64,000 bases of DNA. It comes from Naegleria gruberi. Taxonomy: Eukaryota. The first letter of the stretch is position 1; every line of letters starts with the position of its first letter. The stretch lies in NCBI GenBank assembly GCA_000004985.1, contig GG738849.1; one strand, given 5' to 3'. Under the pieces are notes generated by a model. It worked only from the letters and a program-made list of their open reading frames with translations, searched no databases and was not told the origin of the DNA. This document shows, one piece after another, positions 34,802 through 46,500 of this stretch. A program made the translations under genes and the position numbers.

Positions 34802-34866
34802 TTTTTTTAAATTGTTTACATTTCAAAAGTGCACCTTCTCTCTTCCAAAACTTTTGTAAACATGGT

Positions 34867-36435
34867 CTATTTCAAAATACAAGGGCACAATCTTCTTGTT
34901 AATGCATGTGAATTGTGGCAATTAAAATCACTTGCTCTGAATCCCAAATAGCAATTTCCATGTTTCATGGCTGGTAGACTGCTTGAAGAAGATCCTTTCT
35001 CATAGGAGCATTTGCAATTCTTTGTGAACTTATCAAATTCATCGCATCTGTTAATGTATTCGAAAAAGCTCACATCACACTTTGCTCCTAATTTACTACA
35101 ACACTGATTACAGTTCTCCCCACTATCACAAAATACGCTCTCCACGTTTTTCAAATCTGAAAGTGAAAACCTATGAGTTGGAGCAAAGGAAGGAAGCATG
35201 GCAGTATTGTGAACGAATTCCGCGTTTGCATTACCAACCTCAGTATCTATTTTCTTTTTTATCAATTCTTGGCAAGGTGAGAAAAGAGAATGAGAACAGC
35301 TTTCCAAATCAAAATCAGATTGAGTTTCATAGCATTGAGATTTTTGGCTCTTTCCCAATGAGAGAAGTTGAAATCTGAATCGGAATGAAATTCTATCCTT
35401 AAAATCAGGGTTATCCAAAAAGAAATTGTCCAATAAATATTTGAGAGAATGTCTTGAATCTTTTTTCTTTTCAAAATAATCAATTGTTGTGGTGATATCC
35501 TTTCTGTTAATAATAGTTCCACTCATTCCATGAGAGAGACGATAACTAGACCAATCCTTTCCCTTCTCACCTAAGTGTTGCATATGCTCAAACACCAGAG
35601 AAAGATGAGAGATTGCCCGAGAGCAGATAATAGCACTCTCATCCATGAACAGTAATGGAGCATCGGAAGAACCTATCACTCTTGTAACAGACTCCTCTAC
35701 CGAATTAAAATCATCAAGTATGTATGTTTTCTTAAATAATCTCACCATTTCATAGAATATCTTTGCCCTGGAAGTAGAATCTTGCCCCACCTTACCAGGA
35801 TAATTAATTACATCCACAACAGCTTCGTGTTTCTTCGAGAAATCATCAACAACTTTTTTCAATCTGTCCTTATAATCAATATCTTGATTAAAGAGGACAA
35901 TACATGGATGGAACAATCTTTGCTTGAACCTTGATAAATTATCCAAGTTTCTCTCAATGTGGTCGTATTCGTGTCCAATATGATTAACCTTAGGATTGCA
36001 AGCAATTAGTACAGTCAAATGACATCTTTCCACAGGTAAACTGTACCACTGAGATTCACCATCAATCGGAATGTAGGGTTGATATTTGTATTGTGTCTTG
36101 GGTTGCTCCACAAAGAAAACCATACTAATATGACATAAAGATATAATAAATAATATTTGGAATGTTGTGAATAGGAACCAACTACTAGCAAAAATTGAAT
36201 AAATAAACCTAACAAAACCAAATATTAATCTAAATATCATTATCGGCACTGAAATTATTAAGAAGAATAAATTTAAAATGAAATTCATAAGTCCCTGTCC
36301 TTTTGTAGAGCACAATGTTCTCAGCTTGAAGTTTAAATTCGCCCAGAACTCCCTCCAAAATATCTTTGCAGAGGAGGATGGAAATCTTGTCGAGGAAGTG
36401 ATTACACCACCAGTATTAAAACTCGTTCGAATCAT
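34867..36435 (-). CDS. Type II membrane glycosyltransferase, MGAT4 (GT54, GlcNAc-transferase IV)-like.
   Basis: N-terminal hydrophobic anchor(s). LTVLIACNPK .. HPCIVLFNQDIDYK .. AVVDVINYP parallels the MGAT4 pattern LTIGIPTVKR .. DCVIVVFIGETDIDYV .. GLVEVISPP. The start could be 36435 or the internal ATG at 36288. Confidence 0.55.
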   Translation of the reverse strand: MIRTSFNTGGVITSSTRFPSSSAKIFWREFWANLNFKLRTLCSTKGQGLMNFILNLFFLIISVPIMIFRLIFGFVRFIYSIFASSWFLFTTFQILFIISLCHISMVFFVEQPKTQYKYQPYIPIDGESQWYSLPVERCHLTVLIACNPKVNHIGHEYDHIERNLDNLSRFKQRLFHPCIVLFNQDIDYKDRLKKVVDDFSKKHEAVVDVINYPGKVGQDSTSRAKIFYEMVRLFKKTYILDDFNSVEESVTRVIGSSDAPLLFMDESAIICSRAISHLSLVFEHMQHLGEKGKDWSSYRLSHGMSGTIINRKDITTTIDYFEKKKDSRHSLKYLLDNFFLDNPDFKDRISFRFRFQLLSLGKSQKSQCYETQSDFDLESCSHSLFSPCQELIKKKIDTEVGNANAEFVHNTAMLPSFAPTHRFSLSDLKNVESVFCDSGENCNQCCSKLGAKCDVSFFEYINRCDEFDKFTKNCKCSYEKGSSSSSLPAMKHGNCYLGFRASDFNCHNSHALTRRLCPCILK

Positions 36436-37237
36436 TGCGAGCCTCTCTATTCAATGCCTGAGAAGAAAATATTAAGGTTTTTTTTTGATAAGGCTGTTAC
36501 ACTTTGATATGAGTTCAACGGAAAAACACCACGTTATTTGAATTCCATGGAGCTAGATATCGTGTCATCGTCATCATGAGTGTAGACAAGCGAATAACAA
36601 AGTACTTGTAGGAGTTTCATTTTTCGAAATACTTCCACTTGACAGTCATTATGATGACTTTTATATTAATTATTGTAATATTATCTGGTGTTGCTGAAAA
36701 AAGCAGAAAAAAAAGTATTGATTGTAGATGAATTGAGTTAAAATTCATAGCATACAGCTGATTTACACGCAGAAGTTGAAAAGAAACAATTAAGCGAATT
36801 TACAACTGTTAACGATGTTCTTAGTATGATTGGTTCCAAATGGGATTCTATCAAGAAGTTTGTAAATGAATTGCAAAAAAAACGAACTTTGAAAACAGTT
36901 TAGCCCTTGCTTCTCTAAATTCTTATTTGCCAAAGAAGTAGTTGAAAGAAACACAACAAAAGAAAATTGAACAGATTGAAAGAAAAGCATGAGTAATAGC
37001 CCTCAAACATTATCAAACAAATAAATCTTAAATATTATTCAAGTAAACTGTTTTGTAGTGCTTAGCGGATGAAAAATTCATGTCGTACTTGAAATCAGCT
37101 TTCAATCTGCTTGTGTGTGTTTGATGAGAGAAGAGCTGATAATTACAATAGAAAAAAATAGATCCTCTTCTTCTCCATTGCTTCCAATAACAAGTTATTG
37201 TCCCTAAATTTTATTACTATTGGAAAGTTAAGAAAAT

Positions 37238-39246
37238 ATGATGAGAAATTGTAAAAATTGGTTTCATGTTGTTAACAAGACGAGAAATGGTCTTGCATCA
37301 ATGAATAAGAAGAATACATTAACATCTTCCGCACTTGTTAACAGCAGTAATATGCTAATGAATAGAAGTTTTCAAAAGTCAATCATCTCATCATCATTTA
37401 ACAAACAACAATATTCAATGGAAGATTACTTTCATTTGGGACATATTCTTTGTGATCAACATGTTAAAAAGGATGAAAAATCAATTGCGTTGAACTATTT
37501 GACAAGTGATGGAAAATTTCAATATACTTTTAAACAATTGAGTGATTATAGTGAACAGTTTGGTCAATTTTTGAAAAGTCTTGGTTTGAAACGTCAAGAT
37601 AGAGTTTCAATCCTATTACCAAAGTGTCCAGAATTAATGATAAGTGGTCTAAGTATTTGGAGAAATGCAATGACCTATGTTCCTCTATTTACTGCCTTTG
37701 GACCAGATGCTATTGCACATAGAGTTTTTGACTCTGAATCCAAGGTTATCATTACTGATGAGGCTAATCGCCCAAAATTAGATCCCATTCTCAGTCAATT
37801 AGAAGAGAGAGGTGTTAAAATTGTCATTGTTGAGAAGAGTATTGCAGAGAGTATGGCCTATAGAGTAGTGGATGGAAATGCACCACTATTAACCTCATTT
37901 AGCTCTTTCAAACCAAATGAATACAGATTTTGGAATAGTTCAATTTTATCTAGTCAACAAAGACCAATCATTAGAGATTCTACTGGAATGGATAAGAATG
38001 ATATCATGATTCTCTTGTACACTAGTGGTACTACTGGTAAGAGCAAGGTTAGTATTTCTTCTTGTCAATACACTTATTTTTCTAACAATTATTATCAATT
38101 AACATCCATATTAATTATTATTTTGAATTATTTTGCTTGAATATCCAATTTTTAATCTTTATTTAATAATAGGGTGTACCAGTTTCAGTAAAAGCTTTGG
38201 GATCATTTGAAGTGTATATGAAATATGGACTCCATGTTGAACATGATGATGTATTTTTAAATATTGCAGACCCTGGTTGGGCCTATGGCTTGTATTATAA
38301 TGTTTTAGGAACTCTTCTATTGGGAATTCCAACTTATTTTGTCAATAGATCATTCAATCCTCAAGTAATTTATGAAATATTACAAAATGAACGTGTGACT
38401 AACTTTGCTGCAGCTCCAACAGCATATCGAGCAATGAAAGCACAAGGTCCAGAACTAGCTCAACAATACAAGTTTTATCTCAAAAAGGCCAGCTCAGCAG
38501 GAGAAGCATTAAATAACGAGGTAGTTACCTTCTTTGAGAATATTTGGGGTACAAGAATTAAGAGTCACTATGGTCAAACTGAACATGGTATGCTTATTAA
38601 TTATCATCACCATCCAGAATTAGCTCTTTCATCTGTATCGGAGGTAACAACTATTGGACAACCAATTCAAGGATTTACAGTCACTCTGTTGGATGACGAC
38701 TTTAGAGAAATTTCAGAACCCTATGTGAAAGGTCATTTGGTTATTGATATTGCTAACTCACCTGCTAGGTTCTTTACTGGATACTGGAATCAACCTGAAA
38801 AAACTGAGGAAAAAATGGTTCAATCCCCTTCTTATACAGATGGTCGTTTATTTGAATTGACCGGTGATAGTGCCTATAGAGACGAAAATGGCCTTTATTT
38901 CTTTAGTGGAAGAAGTGACGATATTATCACATCTTGTGGTTATCGTATCTCACCAAAAGAAGTTGAAGATTGTCTGATAGAACATGAAGCTGTTTTTGAG
39001 TCTGGAGTTGTAGGTCAAAAGGACGAGTTGAGAACTGAAATGGTTGTTGCATTTGTTGTGCTCAGATCAGGTTATCAGCCAAGCAAACAACTTGAGCAAG
39101 AGTTGTGTGAACATGTCAAGAAAAAACTCTCAGCTCACCAATATCCAAAGAGAATTTTCTTTGAGGACAAGCTTCCATGCACCGAAGCTGGAAAAGTTAA
39201 GAGAAATATTTTAAGGGATAAGGCAAATGCAATGCTATCTCAATAA
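37238..39246 (+). CDS. AMP-dependent synthetase/ligase (medium-chain acyl-CoA synthetase-like). Two exons: 37238..38047 and 38173..39246.
   Basis: The AMP-binding motif YTSGTTGKSKG is split by the intron 38048..38172 (GTTAGT..ATAG, 125 nt) and rejoined in frame as TSGTTGKSK-GVPVS. Downstream are YGQTE, GD and the C-terminal lysine region. The N-terminus looks like a possible mitochondrial presequence. Confidence 0.8.
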
Positions 39247-39482
39247 ATTGAGAATAACTTTTTTACAGAGAGCTTTAGATTTGTATCTTAACAACTCGAG
39301 ATAGTCCACTTCCACATTCCATATTACCAAAAATAGATTTTGAACTGTTCAAACAATTTTTAACATGCATTTTTTAAAGATGATCCAGCCATTCTGATAT
39401 TAGCAAAGATAACACTTTTGAGAAGAAAGTTCAATTCCAATACATTTACCAAAATTTTTTACTCTTAGATTATAATAGAAAT

Positions 39483-40994
39483 TTAAGGCCAGATACCGAG
39501 TTCATTGTAAGAGAGGGTAATCTTATCAATAGCACTGACGTAAGCAGCAGTTCTGAGGTTGACATTCTTTTCACGAGAAATCTTGATAATATTTTCCCAA
39601 GCTTCATGAACAGTACCTTCCAAACCAGAGTAGACAAAGTCTCTTTCTGATGAACCGTGAGTCAAAGTTTGATATTCAGATTCCTTCAATTCACGACCAG
39701 TCAATAATTGCAAGTGACGAACCATTTCTCTCTTGCCTTTTTCTTCAGCCTTCTTTGTCAAACGACCGAATTGAACGTGACCCAAATTCTTCAACCATTC
39801 GAAGTAAGAAACAGTGACACCACCAGCATTACAGAACAAGTCTGGAATGATGATAACACCTTGCTTTTCCAAAATTTCAGAGGCACCTGGAGTAGTTGGA
39901 CCGTTAGCACCTTCAGCAATAATCTTAGCTTGAATCTTGCTGGCATTCTTCAAAGTAATTTGACCTTCCAAAGCAGCTGGGACCAAAATGTCACAATCAG
40001 CTTCCAAGATTTGTTGAGCATTTTCCAAAACCTTCTTACATCTTGGATAACCCAAAATAGTCTTCTTAGCTTGAACATAAGTCTTGACATCAGTAACATC
40101 CAAACCATTTGGATCATAAACAGCACCATCTCTTTCACCAATACCAACAATGATAGCACCATTTTCTTCAAAGAACTTAGCAGCGTGATAACCAACGTTA
40201 CCCAAACCTTGAACAACAACTCTCTTTCCTTCAATACCAGTCTTCAAACCAACAGACTTCATCAATTCAGCATCAGCACAAGCTTCTCTGACAGAGTAGA
40301 AAACACCCAAACCAGTAGCTTCAGCTCTACCACGAATACCGTTTTGAGAAACTGGCTTACCAGTGACAACACCGAAAGCATTGATATCATTTGGATGGAA
40401 AGTTTGATAAGTGTGAGCAATCCAAGACATTTCTCTTGGACCAGTACCATAATCAGGAGCTGGAACATCGATAGCTGGACCAATAACACCACGTTGGATC
40501 AATTCAGCAGCGAATCTACGAGTAACTCTTTCAATTTCTTCAACAGTGTGAGCAGCAGGATCAATACAAATACCACCCTTGGCACCACCGAATGGAACAT
40601 CAACACAAGCACACTTGAAAGTCATCAATGAAGCCAAAGCCATAACTTCATTTCTATTGACCATGGTATCGTAACGAATACCACCCTTGGTTGGGAGTCT
40701 GTGGTGAGAGTGTTGAGCTCTGTAGGCACGGATAGTTTGAACGACCTTCTTACCGTTCTTATCAATTCTTTCGTGTGGGATGATGAATTCATAAACACTA
40801 TCAACTTCCTTGATGAATTGCAAAAGACCAGGTTCGTGGAGAGTAGAGTTGGCAGCCTTGTCAAAGTACATTTCAACTTGTTCCAAGAACTTTGGTTCGT
40901 CGTCTTCAACAGCACTTCTGTTGGCAACAGTTGTGGAGAACAATCTCTTTTGATTGCTCAAGCCCTTGATGAGTTTGGTTGTATTTCTGAGCAT
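39483..40994 (-). CDS. Glutamate dehydrogenase (GLUD-type, about 500 aa, probably mitochondrial).
   Basis: KGGIRY, the GG(A/S)KGG Lys region, the dinucleotide-binding GLGNVG motif and an antenna-length protein. Strong C/T third-position codon bias indicates high expression. Confidence 0.9.
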   Translation of the reverse strand: MLRNTTKLIKGLSNQKRLFSTTVANRSAVEDDEPKFLEQVEMYFDKAANSTLHEPGLLQFIKEVDSVYEFIIPHERIDKNGKKVVQTIRAYRAQHSHHRLPTKGGIRYDTMVNRNEVMALASLMTFKCACVDVPFGGAKGGICIDPAAHTVEEIERVTRRFAAELIQRGVIGPAIDVPAPDYGTGPREMSWIAHTYQTFHPNDINAFGVVTGKPVSQNGIRGRAEATGLGVFYSVREACADAELMKSVGLKTGIEGKRVVVQGLGNVGYHAAKFFEENGAIIVGIGERDGAVYDPNGLDVTDVKTYVQAKKTILGYPRCKKVLENAQQILEADCDILVPAALEGQITLKNASKIQAKIIAEGANGPTTPGASEILEKQGVIIIPDLFCNAGGVTVSYFEWLKNLGHVQFGRLTKKAEEKGKREMVRHLQLLTGRELKESEYQTLTHGSSERDFVYSGLEGTVHEAWENIIKISREKNVNLRTAAYVSAIDKITLSYNELGIWP

Positions 40995-41497
40995 TTTGAT
41001 GTGTTGTATTTTTTATCAAAATTTAATTTTTAAAAAAATCGAGATGCGTTGCGCAAAAGAAAAACGGAATGTGATGTGGCGGCCTCATTGAGAAGATGAG
41101 GAGCTTTCGTTGAAAACAAAATGGAGGCTGTGTTTGGTTGCAAGTACTCATGACTCTTTTCAGAGGTTGGTACTCAATATGGCCAAATATGCGCATTGTA
41201 AACTATAGTTCCAGCACAAACATAAGATTTTTGAAGTTTCTTCCGAACCAATCAATTTTGCAAAGAGTATTGAGGCATTGAGGGATTTAACAACAGGATC
41301 CAACAAACTGGACCTATTTATGGGAATAAAAAAAATACGCCTCGTTGAGTGAGATTTGTTCAATTGAACTTTTACTTGGAGCTTATAATTGTGTTGAGAG
41401 TAAATTTGTAATTCTCACTTTCCAAAATTAATTATCTCTGTATTTAGAGTTCTTGGGCATTTTTGATTGAAAAAAATTGTTTTAATGTTTAATTTAT

Positions 41498-43144
41498 TTA
41501 TCGGTGGGGAGAGGCACCAGGAGAGCTAGTGATATTAGAATCAACAGTAAAATTGTTATTAGAAACAACAATGTTAGGTACACTCATGTGGTGTCGAAGC
41601 ATTTCTTGTCTCTTTCTGAGAGATCTTTTGAATTGTGTTTGAATGTGAAAGTATTGAAGAGTTTCAGTAGCCAAATCAAGTGCCACTTTTCCTTCTTCAT
41701 CTTTTATCGTTACGTCAGCTCCATATTCTATTAAAATTCTGACACAATCTGGAAATCCTCTTAATGAGGCCTTTTTTAAATAATTGAAATTAAATAAATT
41801 AAATAAATTGAATAAAACATAAAGTTAAATTAATAAATTCAATAAATATATATTATTAATAAAGAGGTGAATAAATAATAACATACATAATGAAGTGCAG
41901 TTCTTCCAAAAGTATCTACACTATTAATTTTTGCTCCAAATTGTAAGAGCACTTGAAGGACAGATCCATGTCCCTTCGATGATGCAAAATGCAAACTTGT
42001 CCAATTATGTGATAGTTCACATGTTTCATTCACGTAATGTTCTTGTTCTTGTGGTGTCAAGTTAGTTTGATTAATAAGGTAGTATGCAGTCTCATCGTGA
42101 CCTTGTTCTGAACAAACCATTAGACAAGAGAGTCCGCTTGTCAAATCACGTTCATAAATTGACACGTTGTATTGAAGGATGAGTGAGACAATATCTGTAA
42201 AACCAAATGAACAAGCCATTAACATGGGTGAATAACAAGTTGATGATGAGGAGGGTGATGTTGATGAAGATTCACTTCCTGTTGAGCCTCCACTCAAACT
42301 TCTCTGATGGTGAGAAAGTCTCGGAATGTGAAGAATGGTAGAAATTGAAGTTTTTGGGTAGGGTGAAAGATCTCCTGCTGAAGAAGATGAAGAGGTAGGA
42401 TTGTTAGGATGAAGAGGAGCACCATATCTTAGTAACAATTCACAAATGTGAACATGATTTTTCTGAATTGCAAAGTGAAGAGGTGTCATGTATTGAAGTG
42501 AGGGAACTGTTGCAGTGATACTGGCATTATTATTGAGTAGTAAGGCACACATCTCAAAATCACCATTCTCTGCGGCTGCATGAAGACATGTTTTCCCAGT
42601 CTTGGTGGGTTCATTAGGTGAAGCTCTCAATTCGAGTAGCAATTTGGCAACTTGCAGATGATTATTTTCAACTGCTCTATAGAGTGCAGTACAACCGTAT
42701 TCATCTTTTTCATTGATGGAAATGGTTGTACACTCTACTACTAAATTTTGAACTGTTTCAATATCTCTAAAATGTTTAAATATCCACATTTCCATAAAGT
42801 TTGTATTTTCATATTTAATTTAATCATCACCATGTTGTAATATATTAACAATAATAATATTTCATTTCAACAACAGTATTATTTACGGAAAAAGTAACCA
42901 TTCATAGATTCATTATTCGTACAATGATGAGTATTTTCCAATTCAAAATTAAAACTTACCCATTAGAGGCAGCTTTTGCCAATCTACTTGCTTCAAATGA
43001 AAAGGTCTTTGGGTCTGAATAATCAAGTAATCTCTCCTAAATTTATAAAATAATTAATTTTATCACAGAATTCCCCAAGTTTGTAAATACTGCTACTATA
43101 ACAATTAAAGTACTAACATTTGAAGGTAAAAGATGTATTCTCAT
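41498..43144 (-). CDS. Ankyrin-repeat protein. The four-exon model is 43118..43144, 42960..43036, 41887..42766 and 41498..41770.
   Basis: Multiple ANK repeats (G.TALH.A...GH...V..LL..GA..N). The splice AASNG-DIETVQNLV recreates a canonical ANK consensus. GRTALHY-ASLRGFPDCVRILIEYGADV completes a repeat across the 116-nt AT-rich intron. Introns are 43037..43117 (GTTAGT..TTAG), 42767..42959 (GTAAGT..TTAG) and 41771..41886 (GTATGT..AAAG). The last-exon ORF 'M' in the track is a GTG. Confidence 0.6.
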
Positions 43145-43532
43145 ACATTGAATGCACTGCCCCATGTTGTTGCTGTTGTTGTTATATATTCTTGTTATTT
43201 TTGTATTTACAAATCCTAGTGTTCGTGTGCCCTCGCTCTGTTAGAGTATTATCCACGTGATCAAAAGGTATTAATTTGTGGAGATCAATTCTAATCTCTC
43301 CAATAAGATGATGAGATAGAAACAGATGATTGAGTGCTTCCAATTTTTTATTCAAATCGATTTGCTAACATGAACGTTGGCCATGAAGGGCGGAATTGAA
43401 AGGAACCAAAAATAAAATCACACACAATTTTTTGATTGAGGGTGGCCATAATAAACTCTTTCCACAATAGATTAATAATAGAAACCAACAGCCTCTGAAC
43501 TCAATAGAAAATGCATGGAAGGAATCAAAAAA

Positions 43533-46500
43533 TTAAAAATTATCAGTGACACCCAACTTTTCCTTCCAATCAAATCCAAGACATACACTCAAATTCCTTA
43601 TCTCATCCTTTTCTTCATTGGTGAGTGGTATTGAGCTGGGGTAATCTTTCAAAGTACCCCATGAATCTCCAATTTGAACCTTTACAGGCAGTGGTACTAG
43701 AAGTTTCTTATCTGTATTCTGCATAATATTTTTTGTACAATAGATAAATGTACTGAGAGAGTCTTCTCTCACTTCAAAGAGTAGCTCATCATGAATTTGT
43801 AGTAACATGTATGCTCTTTCTTCTTTCTTATTAAAATGTCTCATAAATGAATAAATACCTAACATGACTATTTTCATAATATCAGAGGCAGAGCCTTGAG
43901 AAACAGTATTGAGAGCAGCTCTTCTAGCTGCAGCTCTCTTTGATGAATCATCAGAACAAATATCATGGATAAATCTCTTTCTTGAATATGAGGTTTCAAC
44001 ATAGTGCTTTTCCACAAGGTGATTCTCTACAAAGTCCTTATATTGCTTCAATCCTTGATATTTTTCAAAAAAATTTTGCTTGTATCTTTCAGCAGCTTCA
44101 ATTCTATCCTCACCAGGCCTCAACATAAAATCCTCATTCTCACTATTGAACATTTTACCAGAGAGAGTTTCTGAGCCCATACAATAGGAAATTCCATAAA
44201 TGATCTGCTTGACCAGACTTCTATGAGATAATGGAACTGGTTCTTCAGGTCTAAAATTCCAAAAGTTTCTAGCAATTTCCTCAAAAATATCTCTTTCTGT
44301 ATTACTGAGAATGTCTGAAAGGGTTCTATCTTGTGAGAGGTGGGCTAAAATTCTCAATTCAATATTCTTATAATCAATTGAAACCATTACATAACCATTT
44401 CTTGGGATGAAGGCGCTTCTAATACTCAGTGTGATTATGGATTTCTGAGAGAAAGGGTCCTTAATGTCGATATCATTTGGAATATTTTGAAGGTTTGGAT
44501 TCTTGACACTTAAGCGTCCAGTTGCTGAAGTGGTTTGCATTTGAGAGGCAAATATTCTATATTCTTGAGTGTCTGGGCAGTATTTGATATCATTGGGCAT
44601 GTTTTGAATGTGATGAGTCTTAATATTCAGCAAGTATCTGTATTCACTGATTTGCTTCATAATATAAGACTTATCGGGGTAGAGTTTTTTCAACTTTTCC
44701 AATATTTCCTTGTTTGTTTTCCTCTCTGTACCCTTAAGTTTTAATTTATCAAAGAGGAGTAATGCAACATGGTCATTATTGGACACATCAATCTTTTTAC
44801 CATCCAAAATTTGTAAACTGTTCAAATCTCTTGTAATTTCATCGAGTTTAGCATCTATGAGTTTCGTATTATGTTTGATCCAATGATAATTGAAACGTAT
44901 TCCATTATGTTCCATTGTGCTTAAAACTTTGGAGAAGCTCATTTCAAATTCAAACATTTGTCTCAATTCCAAATTAATAATGGATACCATAACAGCAGTC
45001 ATTATTGGCCAACATTGGCTAGCTGTCTTTACAATGACAAACTTGTCATTCTTGGGAGTAAATAGAAATGAATCAGATGGGAAATATTTCAAGTATATTT
45101 CCTCAAGAGTTTTCTCATTATCCGAATCATCTGGATGTTGTACCCAGTCTCCAATCATTGGATCAAGTACGGGATCTTTAACAATTAAGTCCCAAGCCTG
45201 TAAGAGTCTTGTTTGTTGTTTTTTAAATCCGAATGTAAGTTTGGGTTTTCTCTTGTCTTGCAGCATTCGTTTTACTATCTTGGATCTATAATCATCTAGA
45301 TGGATAAAATAGCATTTGCAAGGAATATTTGGATCGATTTTGGTTTCACATCTCTTCTCAAAAGTTAAATAATCCTCAAATACTTCATTAAAACAAATTG
45401 AGAGTCCCTTCACCGTATAAACATCCCTATTCTTAATAAAGGTGGTTGGATTGTCTTGCTTTTTCTTAATTCCAAATTCGAAACAGAATGAAAATACTTT
45501 TGAATTATTCCAACGCTCCAAAAACTCATCAAATAATTGATTATCACCAAGTTTTAGTTCTATCACAGAATCTTCCTTTTTCTTTTTGTGCTCTGCCTGA
45601 TTATCATCAAAGGCGTTACATCTCTTTTTTCCTCTCTTTTTTGGAGAGCTATTTTGGAATAGGAATGTATCTTCGTCTTGTGGCCCAAATATCCACTCTA
45701 AAGGAAGTAATTTCTCCTCTACAATTGCCTTTGCTCCTTCTACAATCAAATTAGCTTTAGTTCTACTTTCTGTTGTGTTTTGAGAGCCTTTAACAAGTAT
45801 ATTTTCGATACTTTCTGGTGTTTCATCAGCAACCTGTGCAATTGTTCTGAGACCAGCACTGAATAACAATCTTGCTCTTGATGAACCAACAAATGGAATT
45901 TGAACAAGAGGTACAAGTTCCTGTCTCACTCCAGAAACAAGTCGTTCTTTGATTTCTTTGAATGCTTCCGAGAAAAAGCTTGGTAAGGCAGCATATTTAC
46001 AAAAACTTGAGAGTACAGATGCTTTTGAGGCAGCATCTTTTTGAACATTTTGTACAGATCCTCTTGCATCTGAGTCTCCAAAATATGTCTCTGCAATATT
46101 TTTGATTGGATATTCCAGTATAATGTCATAGAGTATAAATGTTTTTCTCAATGTGTAGATAGTTTCGCTCAATTCTCGTTGATGACTACTTCTATTTCCC
46201 ACCGACAAGATGTAACCTCTCAATTCATTAATGTCTCTAATCTTGTTATTTACAAATTCTGAAAACTCTCTTCTCTTGATGGCAATATTTACAATTTTTT
46301 CAGCAACTTTTGAGAATGTATCGTTATAATCAGTATGAAATAGACTATTTTCAGAGAAGGAGGCAAGAATGTAAATCATTCCTAGATCATCTTCCAAGTA
46401 GAAATTTTTCAATTCATTCTTAATGGTTTGGTAAAACTTGAGAGAAAGATAGGGACAAATATTGGCGATTTGTGTTGCAAATCCCAATGGTTTACAATCG

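Noticed and set aside
36436-37237. Short ORFs in the 800-bp divergent spacer
   Set aside because: No domain signal and no splice-consistent joins to neighbouring genes.
39708-40631. 307-aa plus-strand ORF
   Set aside because: It lies antisense to the strongly supported glutamate dehydrogenase gene. It is low-complexity (S/T/N-rich) and is explained by the codon bias of GDH.
41040-41400. Possible snRNA/snoRNA upstream of GDH
   Set aside because: It could not be matched to any snRNA consensus by eye. Left as a promoter region.
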